Source: Macrostomum lignano (Eukaryota). Taken from it: DNA of 64,000 nt. Every line of letters starts with the position of its first letter. Position 1 is the stretch's first letter. Positions 48,301-61,096 of this stretch are shown here, one piece after another. The DNA lies in assembly GCA_002269645.1 (NCBI GenBank), contig NIVC01000099.1, positions 682,001 through 746,000 of the forward strand, in the 5' to 3' direction. The position numbers were made by a program, and so were the translations under genes. The notes below the pieces were generated by a model, which worked only from the letters and a program-made list of their open reading frames with translations, was not told the origin of the DNA and ran no database searches.

Positions 48301-51300
48301 CTGGAATCCCAAATTTACTAACTGAGACACATGGAATCCCAAATGTACTAACTGAGACACCTGGAATCCCTAATGTACTAACTGAGACACCTGGAATCCC
48401 AAATTTACTAACTGAGACACCTGGAATCCCAAATGTACTAACTGAGACACCTGGAATCCCAAATGTACTAACTGAGACACATGGAATCCCAAATGTACTA
48501 ACTGAGACACATGGAATCCCAAATGTACTAACTGAGACACCTGGAATCCCAAATGTACTTACTGAGACACCTTGAATCCCAAGTTTACTCATCCCACTCA
48601 CACCGAAATCCCCAGCCCGACCGGAAGTGCCCGCCAACGGCCAAGTACTGCCTGCTGCCCAGCGGCAAGCTGCAGATCCAGCAGCTGGTGGCGGCGGACA
48701 GTGGCCTATACTCCTGCGTGGCCACCAACCCGAGCGGGTCAGCCAACAATTCGGTCAGTCTGGCGGTTGCCGAGCAGCTCACATTCGATTTTGCGCCAGA
48801 GAATCGCCTGGTTCTGGTTGGCAGCACCGTTGACCTGCCCTGCCAGCTGAAGGCCACGGCCGCCAATCTGGACGTGAACTACATGTGGAAGTTCGAAAAC
48901 ATGGAGATCCTGTTTGGCCGCTACGATTTCGATGCCAGACGCTACGAGCTGACCCAGTTCTACAGGCCCTACAAGAAAGACTTCGGCACCCTGCGTATCT
49001 CCAACATACAATACGATTATGAGGGTGAGCTATGAGTATGAGGGATAGGACCTAATAACAGTTCAGGATGGGACCTGCTAAAAGTTCAGGATGGGACCTA
49101 CTAACAGTTCAGGATGGGACCTACTAACAGTTCAGGATGGGACCTGCTAAAAGTTCAGGATGGGACCTACTAACAGTTCAGGATGGGACCTACTAAAAGT
49201 TCAGGATGGGACCTACTAACAGTTCAGGATGGGACCTGCTGAAGGTTCAGGATGGGACCTGCTAAAAGTTCAGGATGAGACCTGCTAAAAGTTCAGGATG
49301 AGATCTACTGAAGGATCAGCATGAGACCAGCTGAAGGTTCAGTTTGAGACCAGCTGAAGGTTCAGTATGAGACCAGCTGAAGGATCAGCATGAGACCAGC
49401 TGAAGGTTCAGTATGAGACCAGCTGAAGGTTCAGCATGAGACCAGCTGAAGGTTCAGTTTGAGACCAGCTGAAGGTTCAGTTTGAGACCAGCTGAAGGTT
49501 CAGTTTGAGACCAGCTGAAGGTTCAGTGTGAGACCAGCTGAAGGTTCAGCATGAGACCAGCTGAAGGTTCAGTATGAGACCAGCTGAAGGTTCAGTATGA
49601 GACCAGCTGAAGGTTCAGTATGAGACCAGCTGAAGGTTCAGTATGAGACCAGCTGAAGGTTCAGTATGAGACCAGCTGAAGGTTCAGTATGAGACCAGCT
49701 GAAGGTTCAGTGTGAGACCAGCTGAAGTCGCACCCACCCGCAGGCAACTACACCTGCCAGGCCCAGACGCCGCTGGGCTACGAGGAGAGGTCCGCCTACC
49801 TCCGCGTGGCCGGTCCGCCCGGACCCTGCGCTGGCGTGGAAGTGCCGTCCATCAACAGCACGGTGTTCAACATCCGCTGGCGGTCGGGCACCAGCCACCA
49901 GAGCCCCATCACCGCCTACCAGCTGGAGCTGGAGCTGGCAGTCAACCCGGGCCAGTGGACAGTCCACAGCACTGTGCCAATGTCAGAGGACATCATAGTC
50001 CGTGAGAGGTCAAACGAGGACACGGGCCTGCGGCAGGCCCAGGTGAAGGGGCTGCCGTTCTACCAGCAGTACCGCATCCGGGTCAGCGCCATCAATGTGT
50101 ACGGCGTCGGGCTGGCCAGCCCGCCCAGCCAGGTGTTCGTCACCGTGTCCGGGCCGCCGTCCCGGGCGCCGCAGAATATCACTGGCGGCGGCGGCAAGGT
50201 GCGAATCCTTTTAATTAAGATTCTGTTGCCATGCGAGGCCTGGTGATCAGTTTCAAATTGTAGTGCTCACGAAATCTAAAGCGAAGAACTCCCTGAATTC
50301 CCCAGAATCGCTCTGAATTCCCCAGAATCGCCCTGAATTCCCCAGAATCGCTCTAAATTCCTAGGATCGCCCTGAATTCCCCAGAATCGCTCTAAATTCC
50401 TAGGATCGCCCTAAATTCCCCAGAATCGCTCTGAATTCCTAGGATCGCCCTGAATTCCCCAGAATCGCTCTGAATTCCTAGGATCGCTCTGAATTCCCCA
50501 GAATCGCTTTGAATTCCCCAGAATTGCTTTGATTTTCCAAGAATCGCTCTGAATTCCCCAGAATCGCTTTGAATTCCCCAGAATTGCTTTGATTTTCCAA
50601 GAATCGCTCTGAATTCCCAAGAATCGCTCTGAATTCCCCAGAATCGCTTTGAATTCCCCAGAATCGCTTTGAATTCCCCAGAATTGCTTTGATTTTCCAA
50701 GAATCGCTCTGAATTCCTCAGAATCGCTCTGAATTCCCCAGAATCGCTTTGAATTCCCCAGAATCGCTCTGAATTCCCAAGAATCGCTCTGAATTCCCCA
50801 GAATCGCTCTGAATTCCTCAGAATCGCTCTGAATTCCCCAGAATCGCTCTGAATTCCCAAGAATCGCTCTGAATTCCCCAGAATCGCTCTGAATTCCTCA
50901 GAATCGCTCTGAATTCCCCGCTGTAATATCAGCATAATCGACAACCTCCCCGCAATCGCCGCTCGCAGGTCAAGACGCTGGTGGTTCGCTGGAAGAAGAT
51001 TCCTTTAGCCTACCAGGGCGGCTCCAATTTCACCTACGATGTCCAGTACAGACGGGTCGGCGACGCTGACTGGCTGGAGGCCAGCCGGATCGTCGGCAAG
51101 CCGATGCACATCCCGCCGGATCACGTGGAGACCGCCATTGTGCTGTCCGGTGCCACCAACGAAATCAGCTTCAAGATGTTCGAAGCCAGGGTTCGCGGAG
51201 CCAGCGTCAAGATTGAAACAATTAACAACGTTGAGACAAAGACTCGCCTGACCGGGCCCTGGTCTGACATTATAAGGTCAGCCGCGCCCTCCTGTTTGTA

Positions 51301-54300
51301 TTTGCCTCTCTCTCTAACTCCCTACCCTCTACCTCACTACCTACCCTCTCCCTCACTACCTACTCTCTGCTCTCTCCCTACTCTCTCCCTCACTACCTAC
51401 TCTCTCCCTCACTCCCTACTCTCTCTCTTCTTCACTCCCTACTCTCTCCTTCACTCCCTACTCTCTCCCTCACTCCCTACTCTCTCTCCCCTTCACTCCC
51501 TGCTCTCTCCCTCACTCCCTACTCTCTCCCTCACTACCTACTCTCTCCCTCACTACCTACTCTCTCCCTCACTACCTACTCTCTCCCTCACTACCTACTC
51601 TCTCCCTCACTACCTACTCTCTCCCTCACTACCTACTCTCTCCCTCACTACCTACTCTCTCCTTCACTCCCTACTCTCTCTCTCTCTCTCACTACCTACT
51701 CTCTCCCTCACTCCCTACTCTCTCCCTCACAGTCTACTCTCTCCCTCACAATCTACTCTCTCCTTCGGTCCCTACCCTCTGTCAAGCTCATCCAGTATAA
51801 CGGATAAAATTCTGCTACAGAAGTTTTCTCCCTCATCATCTCTTGGCAGACTCCGCAGCGCCGAGCAGGTGCCGGTCAGCGCCCCCATCAATATCCGGAT
51901 CACTCCGTTCAACGCCACCGCTGTTGACGTGTTCTGGGAGCCGCCGCTGAACTATGATGGCATCGTTGGCGACATCCTCGGCTACCGCATCGTCTACTGG
52001 CCCAGAATCGCCTCCGCTTGCAGCGTGGAAAACAACAAGTACAAGGTGCTGCTGGCCCAGCGCCAGACCACCTACGGCAAGGCCACCTACGGCCAGGTGA
52101 TCGGGCTGGAGGCCGACAGCTTCTACTGCTTCAGCGTGCAGCTGTTCAACTCAGCCGGCGACAGCCCCGAGTCCTCTTGGCGCGACGTCTCAACCAATAA
52201 GATGTGGCCGACAGACCTGCCAACCAACGTGGTGGTGCACAGCACTGGCGAGTACAGCAGCATCAGCGTCACCTGGAACGGCGTCCGGCAGCAGCCCAAT
52301 GAGGAGAGCGTGGATGGATATATGGTGAGGGACTGGGGTTTGGCGGCCGCCTCATGACCACGGAAGAGGGAGTAGCAGTCGCTTGAAGGGTTAGTCAAGA
52401 GGGATTAGCAGTCGCTTGAAGGATTAGTGAAGAAGGATTAGTAGTCGCTTGAAGGATTAGTCAAGAGGGATTAGCAGTCGGCTGAAGGATTCGTCAAAAG
52501 GGATTAGCAGCTACCTGAAGGATCAGAAGGAGGGATTAGCAGCTACCTGAAGGATCAGAAAGGAGGGATTAGCAGCTACCTGAAGGATCAGAAGGAGGGA
52601 TTAGCAGCTACCTGAAGGATCAGAAAGGAGGGATTAGCAGCTACCTGAAGGATCAGAAAGGAGGGATTAGCAGCTACCTGAAGGATCAGAAGGAGGGATT
52701 AGCAGCTACCTGAAGGATCAGAAAGGAGGGATTAGCAGCTACCTGAAGGATCAGAAGGGAGGGATTTGCAGTCACCTGAAGGATCAGAAGGGAGGGATTT
52801 GCAGTCACCTGAAGGATCAGAAGGGAGGGATTAGCAGCTACCTGAAGGATCAGAAAGGAGGGATTAGCAGCTACCTGAAGGATCAGAAGGGAGGCATTAG
52901 CAGCTACCTGAAGGATCAGAAGGGAGGGATTTGCAGCTACCTGAAGGATCAGAAGGGAGGGATTAGCAGCTACCTGAAGGAGAACAAAAGCGGGATTAGC
53001 AGCTACCTGAAGGATCAGAAGGGAGGGATTAGCAGCTACCTGAAGGATCAGAAGGGAGGGATTAGCAGCTACCTGAAGGATCAGAAGGGAGGGATTTGCA
53101 GCTACCTGAAGGATCAGAAGGGAGGGATTAGCAGCTACCTGAAGGAGAACAAAAGCGGGATTAGCAGCTACCTGAAGGATCAGAAGGGAGGGATTAGCAG
53201 CTACCTGAAGGATCAGAAGGGAGGGATTAGCAGCTACCTGAAGGATCAGAAAGGAGGGATTAGCAGCTACCTGAAGGATCAGAAGGAGGGATTAGCAGCT
53301 ACCTGAAGGATCAGAAGGAGGGATTAGCAGCTACCTGAAGGATCAGAAAGGAGGGATTAGCAGCTACCTGAAGGATCAGAAAGGAGGGATTAGCAGCTAC
53401 CTGAAGGATCAGAAGGAGGGATTAGCAGCTACCTGAAGGATCAGAAAGGAGGGATTAGCAGCTACCTGAAGGATCAGAAGGGAGGGATTTGCAGTCACCT
53501 GAAGGATCAGAAGGGAGGGATTTGCAGTCACCTGAAGGATCAGAAGGGAGGGATTAGCAGCTACCTGAAGGATCAGAAAGGAGGGATTAGCAGCTACCTG
53601 AAGGATCAGAAAGGAGGGATTAGCAGCTACCTGAAGGATCAGAAAGGAGGGATTAGCAGCTACCTGAAGGATCAGAAGGGAGGGATTAGCAGCTACCTGA
53701 AGGATCAGAAGGGAGGGATTTGCAGCTACCTGAAGGATCAGAAGGGAGGGATTAGCAGCTACCTGAAGGAGAACAAAAGCGGGATTAGCAGCTACCTGAA
53801 GGATCAGAAGGGAGGGATTAGCAGCTACCTGAAGGATCAGAAGGGAGGGATTAGCAGCTACCTGAAGGATCAGAAGGGAGGGATTAGCAGCTACCTGAAG
53901 GATCAGAAGGGAGGGATTAGCAGCTACCTGAAGGATCAGAAGGGAGGGATTTGCAGCTAACTGAAGTTCGTCGAAGGGGTGCTCATTGACATCACGCCCG
54001 CTCCGGCCAGGTGCGCTACTGGGTGACAGGCGCCCCAGCCGTGAACTTCACGGACGTTGACGCCGGCCTCAGCAACGAGGTGACGGTCCGCTACTTGTCC
54101 AGCGAGACTCGCTACGACCTCCGGGTGTACGCCTATTCGTCTGGCGGCATCGGCACCTACAGCAGCCCGATGATCCAGTTCATGCTCATCCCCAAGGACC
54201 GCTGCGTGCCCGGCGCCAGCTGGGAGGCGCCGGACGTGCGCTACGTGTTCATCTGTTCCGGCGCCGGGCTGCGCGCCTCCCTGTGGGCGCTGGCGCTGGC

Positions 54301-54334
54301 TGGCCTGGCGCGCCTGCTTGCTCTGCATTATTGA
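42373..54334 (+). CDS. Cont: Contactin, invertebrate type (signal peptide, C-type lectin domain, 6 Ig, 4 FN3, GPI signal), ~1344 aa; exons 42373-42481, 42962-43346, 44597-44979, 45284-45833, 47061-47697, 48616-49024, 49744-50198, 50969-51276, 51850-52324, 54011-54334
   Basis: Signal peptide MLELLLVLVSFLCQPLSISG; lectin start GCPSGWVKLESTCYF..RPFICQ; Ig motifs DSGNYACEAVN, DSGAYECE, DSAAYGCRVTN, DSGLYSCVATN, YEGNYTCQA; FN3 motifs YRIRVSAINVYGVG, NITGGGGKVKTLVVRW, YCFSVQLFNSAGDSP; hydrophobic C-terminus LWALALAGLARLLALHY. All nine junctions are in phase. Confidence 0.92.
43750..44155. repeat. 19-bp minisatellite CAGACAGCAAGCATCC(G/C)CC, contactin intron 2
   Basis: Period 19 (43801, 43820, ...). 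Confidence 0.93.
45862..46995. repeat. 28-bp minisatellite CAGGTGAGATTTAGGGACAGCTCCATCA, ~40 copies, contactin intron 4
   Basis: Direct inspection. Confidence 0.95.
47740..48585. repeat. 30-bp minisatellite CTGGAATCCCAAATGTACTAACTGAGACAC, contactin intron 5
   Basis: Two units per line, in register. Confidence 0.95.
49045..49726. repeat. 23-bp minisatellite grading from AGTTCAGGATGGGACCTACTAAC to AGGTTCAGTATGAGACCAGCTGA, contactin intron 6
   Basis: Direct inspection. Confidence 0.92.
50290..50918. repeat. 20-bp minisatellite GAATTCCCCAGAATCGCTCT, contactin intron 7
   Basis: Three units per line, in register. Confidence 0.95.
51305..51765. repeat. Pyrimidine-rich ~19-bp minisatellite CTACTCTCTCCCTCACTAC, contactin intron 8
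   Basis: Direct inspection; G almost absent on the + strand. Confidence 0.9.
52365..53960. repeat. 32-33-bp minisatellite GGGATTAGCAGCTACCTGAAGGATCAGAAGG(G)A, contactin intron 9
   Basis: Direct inspection. Confidence 0.95.
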
Positions 54335-54467
54335 TTGTTTTGGAAATGTTTCTGTAACTGACTTGCTCTGCGTATTAACATTATTCATAATTTTCCTTGT
54401 GAAAATTCCCTCCTAATAGCTTAATTATGCTTTTGTATCGACTCCTAGGGTTCGATAAGGATCGATC

Positions 54468-55378
54468 CTAAAGAATCGCCCACAAGCCGCTCCTAAAGAA
54501 TCGCCCACAAGCCGCTCCTAAAGAATCGCCCACAAGCCGCTCCTTCCTAAAGAATCGCCCACAAGGAATAATCACCGCTCCTAAAGAATCGCCCACAAGC
54601 CGCTTCACTCCTAAAGAATCGCCCACAAGCCGCTCCTAAAGAATCGCCCACAAGCCGCTCCTAAAGAAACGCCCACAAGGAAGAATCACCCACAAACCGC
54701 TCCTGAAGAATCGCCCACAAGCCACTCCTAAAGAATCGCCCAGAAGCCACTCCTAAAGAATCGCCCACAAACCGCTCCTGAAGAATCGCCCACAAACCGC
54801 TCCTGAAGAATCGCCCACAAGCCACTCCTAAAGAATCGCCCACAAACCGCTCCTGAAGAATCGCCCACAAGCCGCTCCTAAAGAATCACCCACAAGCCAC
54901 TCCTAAAGAATCGCCCACAAGCCGCTCCTGAAGAATCGCCCACAAACCGCTCCTGAAGAATCGCCCACAAACCGCTCCTGAAGAATCGCCCACAAGCCGC
55001 TCCTGAAGAATCGCCCACAAACCGCTCCTGAAGAATCGCCCACAAACCGCTCCTAAAGAATCGCCCAGAAGCCACTCCTAAAGAATCGCCCACAAGCCGC
55101 TCCTAAAGAATCGCCCACAAGCCGCTCCTAAAGAATCGCCCAGAGGCCACTCCTAAAGAATCGCCCACAAACCGCTCCTGAAGAATCGCCCACAAACCGC
55201 TCCTGAAGAATCGCCCACAAGCCGCTCCTAAAGAATCGCCCACAAGCCGCTCCTAAAGAATCGCCCACAAACCGCTCCTGAAGAATCACCCACAAGCCAC
55301 TTCTAAAGAATCGCCCACAAGCCGCTTCACTCCTAAAGAATCGCCCACAAGCCGCTCAGAAGGAATCGCTCACAAACC
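54468..55378. repeat. 25-bp minisatellite CCTAAAGAATCGCCCACAAGCCGCT downstream of contactin
   Basis: Period 25 (54481, 54506, ...). Confidence 0.95.
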
Positions 55379-58300
55379 TTTCTTACATGCATGTTTCGGT
55401 CGGACCAGGCGTTCCAGCGCACAAATGCGGTGAAAATTATTCGCATTCCATCTGCTCCGCGCTGCGAATTTGCAAATTCAATCTTTTGATGCTTCTTTGC
55501 AGCGTTGCTGTCGTTCGGTTTTGCGTTACTGAATCGCTAATACTATTTGTAAGTCTCCCTTGTTAATGCTTTGTTTATCCCAAAAGTTTTCCTTCAACAG
55601 TGCATGCCCAAGTGTCCAGTTGTTTTTATTTATTCATAATTTTGCTTACCCTTATATTGCTGCTAAAACATTCACTACATTCCCTATGCTTTACAGTTTA
55701 TTGTTTCTGCATAATGACATTTAATTGAGTCTTGCTTTTTTTAAAAGATCATGTAGTACTTTAAATAGTTGGGTCTCGTTGGTCCGTTGTACGCCCACGC
55801 ATTCCAATTTTTGTACTTTTATCAGCGATTGTTAACGAAGTGGCCTTTCTTGATGTACATGCTGAACCGGCCTGGCTTGGAGCACCCAGTTCCGCATTCC
55901 TTAGCGACACAATTAACCTGAGACACAGAGTTCTCACCGCACAGTTCAAACAACTTCGAATGCTATGAGCTCTGGGACCCAACACTGCCCGATCTGTGTG
56001 TACTTTTATGCTGAGTTCGTTCCGTCTTTTATACTCTGCGCGCACTGGCAACATTATTATAATATTGTCTGTAATTATATTATAATAGACAAAGCTAAAT
56101 ATTAAACAATTTAAAAATGATCCAGTAAATAATTTCGAAATTATGGCCGCGATGTCCTGCTAACGGGCATCCGTGATTCAACAGAAGTTATTCCGAGATT
56201 TTGTTGATTTGAATTTGCATTTTTCATTTTAATGGAACTTAAAGGTAGAGTAGGTAGATAAGTCCGAGTCTCGCACTGGCCCGACTATACGATCACGCAA
56301 ATTATTTCCGGCTCCGATATTAACCCCATGGGAAATAGTAAAAATGGACAAAAAACAAAAATCTAAGTTAACCAAAGAACATCAAACTCCACATTGCCAT
56401 GTCACGTATGCATCCTCTGACTCCCTGTTCTCCAGGACTAGCGCATGGTCCTCTCTGCGCCATTCTTTACTTCAGTCATGCCTTCTAAGAGTACAACCAA
56501 GCAGATTTCTGTTGTCTATGGCCAATTTCTTTGGTTTGTTCGTCTCGCACCACGCTGCCACGTCTGACTGCTGACGGACGCGCACCAATTTGAATGAAGA
56601 AAAAAGGCGTCTATCCTTGACAGCAATATTGAGAAGTCGCCACCCTTTGCCCCAGTGAGCAGTGTCTTTCGACCAGCGTCTATCACCTGGCCAACCATTT
56701 TGATAAAATTTAATACTTGAAAAAAACGATGAAAATTGGGCGGAAGCTTCGATCCATCCAATCTTCGCCCTCCGCTCTTCCCAATCCCTCCTCACCCAGC
56801 CCAACTCTGCGTCGCGTGGCGTCACTGAAAAGACAATCCTGAGCTGGAATTTACTGCGCACTCTCAAAGGTGGCGAATTTTTAATGTTGTTGAGCAATAT
56901 GGTGCAAAACTACATGTATAACAGTTGTAGCGACTGGGTGCTGTACACTTGTGGGTGCCATGGCTGTATCTTTTGCATTGTTTAGTGCAATAAAGTCATG
57001 TACATAGTATGCAACTTGCCATCGTTTTTTCAGTTATTGCGCCAATTTTTGACAAACAAAAACAATACTTCATTTTTGAAGTATTTCTTGATTATTAGTT
57101 TTTTAATCTCAACGATAAAATACTTTCATGTTAGCTTTAAACTGTTATAACAAAGGTTCAATTTGATTGGATTGTTCTGAGCTGTTCAATAACAATAGGA
57201 GGCACCAAATACAGTGCGAGTGCACTTGTGTTGGCCATTGCAGCAACTCTTGTACCCGAACCAATCTTGGCCGCAACTTCCACCGCGTTGAGCACATCTC
57301 ATTCTAAAATTAAATGAACAGTTTCCCATCAGTCTGCATGACTATAAGGTGAAAATATATCATTCAATAAATTAATAGAATGTCAGAAATTTAGTCCAAC
57401 ACTAAAATAAAACAACCATTTATTTTATTCATTAATTCGGGTCCTTTTGAATTTCATACATGAAAAAGCAATCAGAACAACTTGAGGTTTGTCTCTTCTC
57501 AGAAATTCTCTCTATCCTCTACTATTTCTCCTCTACCCTCACTCCTCTCCTTTCTCCTCTTTTCTCTCGCCTCTTCTTCTATACTCTCTCCTCCCTCCTG
57601 GACTGCATGCAGTTATGCAGATAAAATTCGTTTGCCGATCCCATTGCGCAGTAACTAGACAAGCATGGACATAATAAAAATATGATTTTTTCTCACCTTC
57701 TCATGCCTGACCAGGCTCGCAAAAAAGGCAGTCGCGATGACTTGAGTTCGACTGGGTTAAACGTCGATGGCTGATCAGCCGAAGCAGAAAGCAGTTGGAT
57801 GGCCAACAGGCACGCGACCATACCCAGAATGCAACGGAGATGCATAGCAAAATTTGAGCCGAAATTGGAGGTTTTGTCAATTTAAAAATCAAGTGATAAT
57901 TTTTTACAGGAGAACTAGGGTCGATTCCAAGGCAATTCGATTTGCACACCAGATAGAGCAGATATAACAAAATCAACTCCGTCAGATAAGCATAGTCTAT
58001 GGTTCAATGCGAGTTTCAGAAACGTTGAACAGCCCAACTTGTCTCAATGAACTTTTAGTTGTACAGTTAGACTGACAGACGTACAGAGACGCAAGAAAGA
58101 TTGTGAGTCAGGCCATAGACTATGAAGTTATGAACCATAGACTAAGACTATGCGATTTAATTCTTATGGATGAGTTGATTTTCTAGCTACTTGTTAAATG
58201 TTGGCAGGGGCTCTTTTGTATGGCGCAACTTTTCATTTTAGAAGGATCATCCCGTTCATTGAAATTCTTATTCTAGAGCTTCCAACCCGTGAAGTTCTAT

Positions 58301-58556
58301 AACTCAAAATTAAAACGAGTACAAAAACTAAGGCTCGAACTCGCCATCAGGAAAACCACAGACAACCAGATTGTTGCTCGATCTGGCTTAATATGACAGA
58401 CTAATTATAACTATAGTCTTTACTACAACTAAGTTTGATGTCTACCTGGCTCATTCTTCTGCTATTCATTCGAATAGGCATTTGGAAGGCAGATTAATAA
58501 ATTGCGCTGGCAAATAGTTTGCTGTTCGACATGTAAAATAGAGTTCTTGATGCTAT

Positions 58557-61096
58557 CCCTAGATGAAGTTCTGTTTACTCATTCTTGGCAGATCTGTTCT
58601 TACTTAAATTTCTTAACAGATCTGTGAACTTTGGTTAACACATTCTTAACAGATCTGTTCTTACTTAAATCTCTTAGCAGATCTGTATCTGCTTTTGTCT
58701 TACAAGATCTTACAAATCTTTGCAAGCCATTTTTTATTGTTTAATACGTAAAAAACATTCGTGATTTTTTTAGAAAATACTTATGAGGTAAAGAGAAAAC
58801 AAAATTTCTAACTGTATATCAGAAAAAAGACTTTCGTATATTTTCACATTTCTCTGCTGGATCTTGTCAGATCAGTTCTTGCAGATCTGTACAGACCAGT
58901 TTTGAAAAGTGTCTGAATTGTTTTTTTCCACAAAATATTTAACATAATAGTAATTGCGTTTTTTAATGATTTGTATTTATTTTAGTTGTTCTTCTGGCAG
59001 CCAACAGTAAATGAATTTGTTTAAATATTCTTTCCGCAGTTCTGAACATAGTGGACCCTTATAGTTTGAATTCTCGCTCTTGCAATAATCTCAGTTCTTT
59101 CTTTTGACTTTGCCGAATACGTAATTTTTAATTCCTTAAATTGTTTCATAGTGTAGTATCACTATTTTTTACTTTTTTAGCCATAATAACTTTTTTGATT
59201 AAGTATAGCTATGGCTTTAAATGAAGAGCAGATCGCGTCATCAATTAAAAAAATTTGACATAATTGACAGACTGACTATAAAATGTATGATATGCTATAT
59301 ATATATCTATATCATATATATATCTAGGCTTGTTTCCTACTCCCAGGCCTATAAGTATGAGTAGGCCTAGGCCTATGACTTTGTTCTATGCTTTAATAGA
59401 AACAGAATGCATGTCTAGACCTAGTGATGTCCATTAATAATTCATTAATCCATTAATAATTTAGAAATTCAGTTACATACATAGATCAGTATTTTTGTAG
59501 TCTTGCATTTCATTATATTATATTTATATATACATACCTAGTTCTAGCCCCTAGGCTAGGGCTAGGCTAGTTCTAGTGACCTAGCTAGTAAGTAAATCTT
59601 AATTAAATAGGTCTATTCTGTTTTTGTTTGTTTTATATATGCTTATCTAGATTTATAAATAGGTAGACTGACATATCTGTAAAACTTGGTTTTAATCCCT
59701 CCTTGATTTTAAACACTTAGGTTAAGAGTGTAATGTCTATTTTTAGTAAATAGTGTTATAACTAGGCTTATCATTTTAATTTTAAAATAATATAGGCCCT
59801 ACTCTACTAAAAATTGTAATTGCTATATAGGGTATAGTTTTTCTGAATTAGAATTAAACCTGGATGCTTAAATATAGGCTTGTGGTTGTTAGAAAGTTAT
59901 CTTAAGCCTTGGCCTACTATTTGAAGAATATAGATAGGCATATCAAAATCTAAAATTATTTATACTAGATAGGCCTAGATAAATAATATGAAAAATATAG
60001 AATAGAAGAAAAACAGGTCTAAATTTAATTAGACCAAAGAACTTTTACAAAAGTTATTACTCTGACTATTTAAAAACATAACAATGATATTTGTTTTATG
60101 TTTTAGTTATTTTGAATTGAATATTGATGTTTAAAATCCCAGAACTTTACTACAATTTTCCCTTTCATTGCAGCTACTTTACATGGTCAATATGGCATTG
60201 CTACTTATGGGTTCCAAGCTTGTCTTTATACCAAATGGCAAAGTGGCAAGCATCCTATGATTGCTAAAAGAAAAAATGAATCCAGCCTAAAGTAAAAATG
60301 CAACATGATAAAGAGCCCTAAAGTATTACTAAGAGCTCTTATAGACCTACTTTTATTGATAACAAAGTAAGCTTTCTAGCAATATTGACTTTAAAATCTT
60401 TCAGTACTGGACTCTTTCAGTTTCAATTATTTGCAAACCAATTTAATTGTACATTGTAGTAAAAGATGCACCTGGTTTTTTTTCAAATGTTTCTGCTTCT
60501 ATTTTTTAGTTTCTAAAAGTATTGCTCACCCTAATTTTATTAGTCCATTGTACCATTAGTATTTTTTCTATTGAATGTGTGCTTAACTTTTGTTTTGAAG
60601 TTGACTTATTTTTTGCTTGTGCCATTTCCCTTGTGCATACAAGTTTTATTTCATGAGCATTTATGTGTATTTGTTTACATTTTCACAAATAAATATGTCT
60701 ACTTTATTTTAATTGTTCAATGACATTTGCTTTTGTTCTGGCAGCTTACTAGCACAATACTAAAAGTGCAGAATCAAATAAGAAAGTCCTGTCATAACTC
60801 GTGTTCTTTATTGGAATTAAATTAGTGCATTGGGGTTTTATAAATGGATTACTAAACAGATCTTGGAAGATTTGATAAGACGGACAATGCATTCAATTGG
60901 TAAAGCTTAATACATCTTACAAGATCTGCCCAGATCTCCTAAGATCTGCTCGTGCAGACCGTGCAAGATCTTCCTGCAGATCTTGTAAGTTCTGCCTATA
61001 TATTTTAATAGTGCAGATCTGTTACGTTCTTGCAAGAACGTAGCGAGAAGCTCCAGACAGATCTGCTAAGAAATGGCATGACGATTTCATCTAGGG
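58557..61096. mobile_element. Non-autonomous DNA transposon with CCC-start TIRs and AGATCT-rich subterminal repeats (EnSpm/CMC-like, tentative)
   Basis: CCCTAGATGAA at 58557 and TTCATCTAGGG ending 61096, with imperfect extension through ..TTCTT(G/A)GCAGATCTGT. Dense CAGATCT motifs at 58585-58900 and 60860-61070. AT-rich non-coding interior. No clean TSD. Confidence 0.6.

Noticed and set aside
55760-56900. Possible degenerate Tc1/mariner-like transposase fragments on the minus strand
   Set aside because: Only vague resemblance; no convincing DDE/D or WPxxSPDLNP motif, and no TIRs found.
57990-58153. Short inverted repeat (GCATAGTCTATGGTTCA / TGAACCATAGACTA..ATGC)
   Set aside because: Too short and imperfect, with no TSD, to call a MITE.
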